From the NCBI GenBank assembly GCA_965637545.1, contig OZ281498.1:9052001-9116000 (forward strand): 64,000 nucleotides of DNA, written 5' to 3'. The stretch comes from Phallusia mammillata (lineage: Eukaryota). Positions 35,401 to 45,509 of this stretch are shown in pieces (the first letter of the stretch is position 1; every line of letters starts with the position of its first letter). The position numbers were made by a program, and so were the translations under genes. The notes beneath the pieces are model-generated. The model was not told the DNA's origin. It did not search any database and saw only the letters and a program-made list of their open reading frames with translations.

Positions 35401-38129
35401 TGGTTTGCAGGGTACGACAGAAATAGGTAAAAATCACATAATCGTGCAATTAACAGACATTTTCTTCTTTCCGGTGAAATTGTTGGTCGAATATTTCGTT
35501 TAATTCAGGTTTGTCACTATTTTGGGGAATTCCTAAAAATGTACCCAGTTTGTTGTAAACCATGTCGTTGCATTAAAGAAAAACAAAGTTTAAGTGCCTG
35601 AACTAAAGGGCGCAACCAAAGAGTAACACCCCGTTGGAAGCGACCATCAACAACACGTCACGGGTGTTTGTCAGCTTTGCGACCGTGAAAGTTTTTTCTT
35701 CTCTTTTTCTGATTTGTAAATCTTGTGTGGGACACCAAACCACCCAGATTAATGAGTTTGTTAGTTAAAATCTTTGTTTTGGTTTGCATTAGAATATTCT
35801 GTTGTTATTTTATCGCAACAGAGGATGAAAAATAGGTCAGTAACTGTTTAGTAAATATGCAATTAATTAGTGTGCAAATAGGGTGCGACAGAAATAGGTA
35901 AAAAATTATCATCGCGCAATGCAACAGACGTTTTATTCGTTCAACCAAATAGCGCCAATACGCTTACTAGAACTTTTTTGTGAACAATTTGATGTCGATA
36001 ATTTTACGCTTTGGCGAATCGAAAACGTGACGTCACAAAATGCGCATCAACGATACGATTCGATTCGATATGAAGGCCACATCAATTGCACCCATTTATA
36101 TAGACGCACACTCGCAGGTGGCTTCTGCGCACCCTTTTATCTATCGTTTTTATGCGACGCTTGTTTCGCACCTTTTTATCATTCTTTTATGCGGCTAAAG
36201 TGTATACAATTGATGTGGCCTTCATATCACTGATGATGGCATGAGCATTTGCCGAAACGTTTGAACAATAAAGCATGTCGCTTTTTACGTCTATTTGGGC
36301 CGTTATTTTTACCATTATGAACAGATCCGCATATAGTGTGAAAAAGAAATCTAAGTTGTTAATTAAGTTTAAAATGTGCAATATATCATGTTACAGGCTG
36401 CTTCAGAAATGATTTACAAAACATACACAGTGCTAGTAAAACAGTACACACAAATAAAATATCGAATGTGATTCCAATTCCTTCATAGTGTATTTGTCGC
36501 AGAAAAAGGTCGTACTGGAATCCTGCAGTGCCATAAAACTTGAGGGTTTGGAAAGAGACTGAAATATTTCCGGTGGAATTTTTCCTGAGACAATTAATGT
36601 TGCTTGTTGGAGAAACATAAACCCTATTGTATCTGAAATGTTTAGAAACAACTTTATGAGAAATTGAAAATTGTAAAATTTTATAATATCATCAATTTTA
36701 TAATAGATAATAAACACCCAAATCAAATGCACTCAATCAAGAAAAACAAATCAAATACTGTTAAAAATATTTTGAGCAAAATAGTTGAAATATTATATTA
36801 TTATTTTGTGTTTTTAACAGTGGCGGCTCGTGCCTAAAATTTCTGGGGGTGCTGCTCCAATTTTTAGCCTTTATTGAACAAATATAAGTTGGCAAAATAT
36901 AGAAAAGCCACATTTCTAGTTTTCTAGTTATTGTTTTGTTTTGTGTACTGTAGAAAAACAAGTGATACAAATCTTAATTAGTAACTCCATTGTGACGTAA
37001 TGGTTGTTACGCAATAATGTACACGGGTGTAAACAGCAGACGGTATCATTGGGGAATTTTGTTTACTTGCACAGCGACGGGCCAAACTCAATAACATGCA
37101 GTAATAATGTGGCACAAAAACACTCGTGACACAGACTCGAAACAAAGCGGATGTAAATACGGTAAAACCATAGATTGCCAGCGATTGTCTTCGTCACGGT
37201 TGAGTAACACTTTACGGGGTGGCTATTTTTGCATGTGTAACATGCAGACATCGTAGGAAAAGAGTAAACAGTGATCAATATGTCAGATATTTGGCAAGAT
37301 TTACCACTGGAAGTAAGTAACGACCTTCTTATGGTTGACTTTGAACCAGACGACGATGAGTCTGAAATGTTTTGTACAGTCAAAATTCCGCCGAACAATT
37401 CTGTAATCCTGTGAGAAATTTTGGCAAAAATGGAAGCCAACATTGAACTAACTTCTCACGGATATAAAGTCTTGGGAGAGTGGAATAAAAAAATTGAAAA
37501 AAAATAACAACCCCAACGTTCTCTACACGGAGTTTGCGCGATGTTGCGGAAACGCACTATTTTTAATAAAAACGTTCAAATCACATCAAAATCTCTTCAG
37601 AATTTCCAGGAGTTTGATGTATCACATCATCTTGTGTGGAGAGAATAGCCATCTTGTTGGATTTAAGTCCAAAATACTTAAAAAGCACGAACATTACTTA
37701 TATTGCACAAAAAACATTTACCACTGCTCAGTAAAGATTTATTTCAACACTAACTTAATAACGTGTATCCAGTAGGCTACACCTACACTAATACACATCA
37801 CAGTCAATCTACGCATATTTATAGGTTATTACACACTGAAATACATGCGTCCTATTAATCTACAAATCATATCTGCAAAAATCGCTACGCAAATGCCTAA
37901 AACAAAATTTATCGACATTTTTCCACTCTCTCCCCATTGCCCGCTATGCATTTTTGGGGCTTCCTTTTGCAGCCGCCATTACGCTTCAATTTGCTTCAAC
38001 CGTGACGGCCAGTACCGCGATCCAGTGTTCATAGAGATCAGTGGATGTTATGGTAGAGCTACTAACACTGAGCTTCACCTTTGGCCCGACCTGGGAACTT
38101 CTGGTAGGTGGCGCAAAAGAGCATAGGCG

Positions 38130-39080
38130 TTTATGGTGCTGACTCAGCAGTTTCGTATTTTTTTGAAATAAGTAATAAAATATTTATACTTTTCTGTATG
38201 GCTGAGTTATAGTCGCATTTTTTTGGTCTCAAAATGAATGGAGCTGTTTTGGGAATTGCATAAGTAAAAAAAGGAAGTGAATTCGTTACCAAAAAAATAA
38301 AAGGGCATTCCAATACGATTGTGCAGGGCAGGGCCGGTGTTTAGTTTTTTGTTTACAGATTGGCCGAGATGTGACCTCTAGTACAAAAAAACTATTATAT
38401 TTAAATTTGTTCCGTGCATTGTTAATGACTGTGCCAACAATGTTATTTTAGGAGAAAAAAACGCAGAGCATCAGACAGATTTAGACTTGATTCGGACCAT
38501 TGCATCCGCAATATTGGCGTCGAATTCCCGCCTTGAGCCAGGGGGAAAGATATAAAGGTTGTGGTGAATTTAAGTTTTTAATATCTGGCATCTTTCTAAG
38601 TCAGCGGTGAGGCTTCTGCGACACATAAAATATTTTCGCGGACCAAAATCTAAACAGGTCGGACTAAGCCTATATAAACGCGCTTGGATTTAAATCCGAA
38701 TTGACACTCGGCTTAATTTATCTCCAAATTTTATGAGAGTTAATAAAAGAGATCGGTCATTACCCTTTTGCTCTTTTCGTCGGCCTTTGGTTGGTGTCCA
38801 CACACGTTAATGTATTAAAGCGACGATGGCAGCCACCAACAGTTTCATTAAAAACCTGTGCAGCGCTTTTTTGGAAATCAGTGGAAGGTTGCCGGACGTG
38901 TCCTCAAATGCTTTCAAGTTGTTAGCCATGATAGTTTTTGACCCACAAGCGATTTCCAACGCGAGACGCCTGTACGCAAGAGCACTCCGGAGAAAAAAGT
39001 GACAATGTGTGTGTTGGAGCGGCCTGAGAAAATGGGGCTTTCCCGGTGGAAATTTGCAAATGTGTTGTCAAGGCTCGTCT
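38130..39080. repeat. Dispersed duplicated block (partner of 34530-35400)
   Basis: Colinear similarity with indels; the 3' part GCACTCCGGAGA..TGTGTGT..GGAAATT also matches 6875-6950. Confidence 0.8.
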
Positions 39081-39442
39081 AATATCTTATCTTTTAATGA
39101 AACAACATAGGTTTTGAAATTTAAATCGGAAGATTTCGCCGTTTTACAAGATAATTAGTAAGTACGCGTTTTTAATTGAATACAAAAAACGAGAAAATAC
39201 GGTTTTGCCTTGCATAACTGGTTAATGTAGGCGTAAAAAATAGTGGAAAATTGGGGTACTATTGGAGAACGAGTTTGCGTCGAGAAAATTGTAACGAATT
39301 ATACGATTACTTCTGCCAGTGACAGAATTACTGCCTCGGTGTCTCTCTTGAATTTATGCGCGACTGTTTGCGCAATTTTGAACGCACGTGTGTGTACAAA
39401 GGTTTGCACGTGTGACCGCCGACGTTCGACCGACTTTCTGAT

Positions 39443-39830
39443 GGTAGAGCTACTAACACCATAACGAGAATCTACCCCTAAATTTAATTGGTTATATCTC
39501 CGAAAATGCTCACGGTTAGGGCTATTAGGGTCGGGGTAAGGCATTAGCACTTAAAATTCAAAAAAAAAACTAACCCAAAAACTTAGTTACTAATGTAAAA
39601 ATTTTATGTAAATATTTCCCAACCCAACCCATTTATAGCGGCTAAATAAATAAAAATTCAGCTCTTTCCGCCCCCTTACAAAGCGAAGTTCTGATTCTCG
39701 TTATGGTGTTAGTATTTTTTTTTATTGCGCATAAACATCACGACAAAAAGACGATTATAACGATCAAACACATATAGCCATTAGCGCAGGTGGGCATTCC
39801 ACTTCACGTTATGGTGTTAGTAGCTCTACC
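39443..39830. mobile_element. MULE/Mutator-like MITE, 388 bp
   Basis: 24-bp TIRs GGTAGAGCTACTAACACCATAACG; 9-bp flanks CTTTCTGAT / CTTTCCGAT (8/9 TSD); TTAGGG-like and CTAACCC-like internal motifs. Confidence 0.8.
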
Positions 39831-40619
39831 CTTTCCGATCAGTTCGACCAGGGCGACACCGTAGGGAGATTGAGAAGCACTATGACCTCTTTTTTATTTG
39901 ACTTTTTCGCGTCCTTCGGTCGCGAACCCTTCGGTCGCCGTTGGAGAGAATATGATGTTTTTCTATTTTTGCATTGTGTTTCTTCGTACCGCTCGTTTAT
40001 TAGCGCACAATCAACAAAAAATGCCGTTAGAATAGATATGTTGGAATAACGCGGGGAAACATTTGTGTTAATTTACTGTAAAGGTTGTAGGTCGCGATTT
40101 GTCGACTGCGGGGCGCATTTTGCACAGGGTTAACAGCTTTGCTGCTAAACAAAATCGTGGAATAACACATTTCTGATGGTTAACTGTAAAGATCAAAAAT
40201 GTAAGCTGAAATGTAGCGATGGTGTTGGGCAGTAACTGGCCATTTAATCCACAGGGAGAGAAAACTGTGAGAGATTGTATGTTGTATTAGTTTGTGCTGC
40301 AGAATTTGTTTTAGAATCGATCGACTTTGTTGTTATCTTCTAAACTTTGGCTGTGTTTAATTATTTGTTGTATCCCGGAATAGTCACAGTTTAACAAATC
40401 AAATGTCAGAGAGACCTGTTTGTGAAGAAATATTTGGAGTTTTTTCTATTCCAACAAATCATTTTCTGTTCAAATCCAGTTGTTTGTTAACTAAATCTTT
40501 TGACAATTTTAGGTTGGAAAAGTAGTTTATTGCTAAATACAACCCAGTTCACCGTGTTTCCGTCAGGATTAACAGTTTCAACCCAACATGCGATAACACA
40601 TTAGTTAGAAATTCCGCGG

Positions 40620-40880
40620 CTATAACAAAGTGGTGTTTCGAAATAGCCTGACTTACACGCGTCGAGGCGCAATTGTTGTGACTGGATAGGTTGGGTTGCC
40701 GATTGCTGCTCGCTTAGCGCTTTGTGTGTTTGTATTGACTGAAATGCCGCGGCTCTAACGAAGTGGTGTTTCGAAATGACCTGACTTCCACGCGTCGAGG
40801 CGCAATTGCTGCGACTGGATAGGTTGGGTCGCCGATTGCTGCTCGCTTAGCGCTTTGTGTGTTTGTACTGACTGACTTCT
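40620..40880 (+). repeat. Two tandem degenerate satellite-family monomers (~115-bp period)
   Basis: TGACTT.CACGCGTCGAGGCGCAATTG.TG.GACTGGATAGGTTGGGT.GCCGATTGCTGCTCGCTTAGCGCTTTGTGTGTTTGTA occurs twice; homologous to the array monomer. Confidence 0.8.
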
Positions 40881-40943
40881 ACATATTGTGCGGACGTAAC
40901 TGCTGATGGGCATGTAAATGCGACCAACTTATGAACAGGGAGT

Positions 40944-41360
40944 CGAACCGCTTGTCATATGGGTTCAGGTTCGGTTCGGGTTCACTTGGTTTTGTTTTTA
41001 AGGGTTCGGGTTCAGGTCCGTTTTTAAAAATGTATATTTTCGGGTTCGGGTTTTGTTCCGGTTTGGGCAAGTTATCCGGTTCGAACCGGTTTGCGGTTTT
41101 TAAACCGGTTTAAGTTTTTATTTGTTTCAATTCAATTCTACCCATCATCTACCTGGCCTTAGCAAACGCCAAAATAATTTTGCCCGTGTGCTGTTATCTT
41201 TGACACGCCCTATATGTGTTATCTCGCATATTCTTCAGTGCGCTGTTTTGAACAAAAAATCATAAAATATAAAACAGACTGCATTTTTTTACTGGTTCGG
41301 TTCCGGTTCGGGTCCAACGCCAAACAAAATATAGGGTTCAACTCCGGTTTGGGTTTTTAG
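40944..41360. mobile_element. Remnant of a hAT-like element with (CGGGTT/CCGGTT)n subterminal repeats
   Basis: Dense GGTTCGG/AACCGG motifs in two clusters; no intact TIR or TSD found. Confidence 0.5.
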
Positions 41361-42257
41361 AAAATCGTAATTTCTAAAATCGTAAAAATCGTAAACAGGC
41401 GAGTCACTCGATCAGCAGTAGAGAAAAAGGCAAAGATAAAGGACAAGGCGGTAAAGGCGCTTGTAGATTTGTATACAACTATACTATAGTATAGTAGCAT
41501 TCCTCAATCAATTAAGAAAGGCCAACGAAGCTAACGTTTTTGGCTGAGGCAGTGTAGTGGAATGCAATAAAAAGCAAGCAAAGCAAATATACAGGTGAAA
41601 GTTGTCCCTTTTTCAAGTGAGCTTATTTTTGTGCAAGGGTGCAGTGCTACGAAATAAAAGAAATGTATTTTTGTGTTGTGATGCGTAAGAAATCAGTTTA
41701 GTTTATTACTTTTTAACTCAGCGTATAGTGTCCCCACAGTAAATATGTCAAAAAGAATGCACATTGCATCTTGTAAATGTTTCGTACATCGCTCGAAAAG
41801 GCCTTTGTTTGTTTATGTTTTGATATGGTTTTATGTTTTGATACGGTTATTGAATGTGAATAAAGGTAAAATGAAAGGTCTGTTGTACACGTGCGTTAGC
41901 TGTTAAGAAACCTCCGATATAGTGAAAAACGGAACCTGACCATGGCAACTGTGCACTGACACACATGATTAGATAAGTCAACAAACCGGCTCCAAAGATA
42001 GACATCCAACAAGATAGTTGCAGAAGAAATGTTTACCACTTTACTTGATTGTCACATTACAAATCGCTTTAATACTTGTTTTAATTTTGGTTTCAGCCTT
42101 GTTCATGCTACGTGCATCATGAATGAAATATTTTGCCCCAACATTTTAATGACCAATGTTTCTGTTGTACAGTCTGCGCTAAATGCGAAAGCAAGACAGC
42201 GAAATAGTTGAATATTTTAAATTTTTGCTACAGTCTTGAGTTTTGCCACACTTCATA

Positions 42258-42464
42258 ATGAACGAGGATGACGGTAATGACATTGTGCTGGAAGAATCGT
42301 ACGAAGCTGATGGATTTTTCCGCACTCTTCGTGTTTGGACAATAATGACCGAAAATGGATGCCTGCAACGCCGTGAAGAACTCCGCGCATTCGTGGATCA
42401 AGACACATTTACATATGCTGGGCAACCACTCTGCTGCCCGACAGGCGACGAGATTGACGAATAG
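42258..42464 (+). CDS. Uncharacterised 68-aa acidic microprotein, paralog 3
   Basis: MNEDDGNDIVLEESYEADGFFRTLRVWTIMTENGCLQRREELRAFVDQDTFTYAGQPLCCPTGDEIDE; the in-frame TGA at 42237 upstream makes ATG 42258 the likely start. Confidence 0.8.
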   Translation: MNEDDGNDIVLEESYEADGFFRTLRVWTIMTENGCLQRREELRAFVDQDTFTYAGQPLCCPTGDEIDE

Positions 42465-43007
42465 ACGAGAAAAAAAGTGAGAACTTACTTCTTTCTGGTG
42501 CTGAGAAGCAATGTATAGGGGGAAAAATAACTGTAGTCATTTATTGTTTTGTATTTCCGCAAAGTTCATATTCAAAACTATGCCTAAGATTAAAACTACT
42601 GTCTTTAAATGTAAACTTTCAAAGTTTACTTTAAACTTTCAAAGTTTACTTTAAATCTTGTCCTAAATCTGACTGTTAAGTTCAACTTCTTTCGGATCCT
42701 TGTCTCTGACTTTTGTGTTAAAAACATATTTTTCCAAAACTTGTTTGTTCTTCATTAGTTTTTTTGTGTTGTATTTTAGTTATTTCTCCCAAAGGGACTA
42801 TAGTTGTTTGAAGTGATGTTCTACGTTCGGTAAAGTTCCATCTATTTGTTTTTACGAACGGCCAAAGCCAATCAATGCATTTGGTAAAACATTGTGTAAG
42901 TTTATTTATGATGAATGTAAAACTTCTACGGACACAATCTCAATTCCTTTTCAAACCAAAAGTCATGTTCAAACCAAAATCGTTCATTCTTGAATTACTG
43001 TCTGTGC

Positions 43008-43466
43008 CAGTGGTTCCCAATCGGGGTTCCGCGGAACCCTAAGGTTCCGTACAACCCTTTCGGGGGTTCCGTGAACTTTAACGGTTGCACGGGGTTCGCA
43101 GCGGTTTGGTGTAGCAATTCAAACACGAATGATTCATAATATCATTGTTTCAAATTGCTAAACCATCTAGTCTCGCCGAAACCAGGTAATTAACTTTTGT
43201 TACACCATTGATCAATTGTGACGTAATAAATACAACCTTGATACACTCTAGCTGAATTGCAAGATAGAAACGACCGTTCCAAATAACATGGAAATACGGT
43301 TTAGTGAATCGTTGAATTGAAGTCAACCTTTATGATGTGCTTGATCTTTTTCCTTTAATGTAGCCTACTTCTATTAGATTCATTATAATTAGTTTATGAG
43401 GGGTTTCGCAAAGTTTGACAAAATAACTTAAGGGTTCCGTGCCACTAAAAAGGTTGAAGAGCACTG
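43008..43466. mobile_element. hAT MITE, 459 bp
   Basis: CAGTGGTTCCCAA...TTGAAGAGCACTG; GGGTTCCG subterminal repeats; TSD GTCTGTGC / GTCTATGC (7/8). Confidence 0.88.
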
Positions 43467-44504
43467 GTCTATGCCAAGCATAATGTCTTTTACACTATGC
43501 ATTTCTTAACTTGACGTTGTAAATAATACCAAGTGCTATAATGCAGGTGCTTGGTTTTCCCAGATTTTTCTAACTTTTCTTTAAAACTTTGTATTTGATG
43601 TTTGCGTAAGATGGATTGTGCGTAGATTTAAGCAATATACATTGATAGTAAAAAAATTCTGCCCCTATTGAAGTAATATTGATTACAATGTTTATTATAT
43701 TTTATGCAATGTATGTTATTGCATGTAATTTTATGCAACAAAAACGACCCACAAACAACAAATTACGTCTCTGTTGCCCAAGAAATCTCATATCTGAATC
43801 AACTACAAGGCATTTCGTGAAAAGAAAACTGTTTTAGATTTTTTGTGTGCACGAAGTTCCACAAATTTTCTTAACGTTGCTATTTATTGTTTAAAACATG
43901 TTGCTTTGTTCTTTTAGTGCTTCATAATAAAAAACACCGACGTTTTAAAATTCGTGATTGGCACTAAGAGGCGTCAGAGAGGTCATTTTCAAACTAAAAA
44001 AACAACGTTTACTGAAATACAAAAATAGATTAAATGTTTTGTTACTACCTGGCCATGCAGAAGATAATTGGCTCAACGAAATTTCCACTGCACGGTATCA
44101 ACAAAAGAACAATAAAACAGACAAACAGGATATAGCTTATCAAGTGTTATGGCAAGGTTAGCGGTTGTTTAAGAAAAAAAAACAAGAAAGCTCAGACCTT
44201 TTTTTGCCTAAAGTCAAATGTCACGCAAAGTATCCACAAACTTTGTTGATTCGTGGTATATCAAAAAATCAATAATAAACCTAATATATCAATTTAAACA
44301 GTACAAAATAACTTGCAGCTACTTAAATTTAAAAAATCGCCAAATTAAAAACAACAAATTGTGCTAACAATAACATTCAAGGTGTTGACCAAATACCGAT
44401 TCAGGTTAGCCCTTACAAAACATAGTGCATCTACATTCAAAAATAAGGCCTTTTGTGAAGTAACTAGTAACAGCTGCCCTTAGCAGCAATTTGTTGATGA
44501 CGCT

Positions 44505-44600
44505 TGCAGCTCGTTGTGACGTCACACACGCTCGACAACAACACAACACGTGAAGGCGGATCACGCGCGCGCGGCGTGATTGAGGCGTGCGCGCAGTGGA
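44505..44600 (+). promoter_or_regulatory. CpG-rich putative promoter of the SLC25A33/36-like gene, with a CRE palindrome
   Basis: TGTGACGTCACA (44515-44526) and GCGCGCGC/GCGTGCGCGCA motifs ~650 bp upstream of the ATG; candidate splice donor AG|GTAACT at 44827/44828. Confidence 0.45.
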
Positions 44601-45228
44601 AAATTTTAACTGCCAGCAGAAGAAGTGATGGAAAATTACAAGAGCGATGCGCGCGTGCTGAAACCTGCTCAGTCAGCTCCTGCGTGGCTACAGTGCTGTG
44701 TTAAAGGGTTGCGCAAGGATTTTATTGCGCATTTATCTTGCATTTGCGTGCATTCAAAATTCACAATTACCTTTAGTTTGTATTTTTATGCTTTAAGAAA
44801 CCTGCATTTGATGTTGTTGTGCGCAAGGTAACTTGATATGCTGGAATGAGGGCGTATATGTGAGAAGTGGTTCCTGTTTCGCAATGGAAAAGTACTAGAC
44901 AAGTTTCAAATCAAAGTATTTAGGTTTTGTGTACTGCCGCTGGAATGCCAGACGGTTGGCGCAACTTTACAAGAAGGATCCTCGACCTTAGCTTCTTTCA
45001 AAAATGACCATTTTTTATTGCTATGTTGGATTAAAATCCATTGTAAAAATAGTAAATATGACTCAAATGTCGTATGTTAGGAAACCGACCAAACATAATG
45101 CCCATTATTAGCAACACAATTCACAATTACATTTGTATTGTGTTTAATTGTGACATTAACTGTCAGGTCTAACCCTACTCTCTTCTTTTTTACAGCACTA
45201 GGGCTTAAATGGTACACTGAAATTGACT

Positions 45229-45509
45229 ATGGACTCCCAAAAGCATTCGTGGAAAGATAGCAGTTATGGACACTCGCAACAAAAAGGATATAACTCGCAG
45301 AATTTGGACATTAATACTCGTTTTGGCAGTGGTCGAAGTAACCGCTGGGTAGACGAACACAAGCAGTTTGAACAAACTTTTTTCGCACCGGTCGAACAGA
45401 AAAGTTCTCGCTTGTCTGTCAAATCTCAGAATGTCCACAGGTCACCACAAGTTTCACCACAGACAGTTATTCCTGATAAGGGCGGTCTTATCCATTTCGT
45501 CGCAGGCGG
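45229..45509 (+). CDS. SLC25A36: SLC25A33/36-like exon 1
   Basis: MDSQKHSW...[12 protein letters not shown]; donor GTTAGT. Confidence 0.85.

Noticed and set aside
38826-39002. 58-aa + strand ORF MAATNSFIKNLC...RALRRKK
   Set aside because: The homologous block at 35213-35400 has frameshifts and stops in this frame, so there is no coding conservation.
39510-39630. Interstitial telomere
   Set aside because: Only scattered TTAGGG/CTAACC-like hexamers inside a MITE; not a tandem array.
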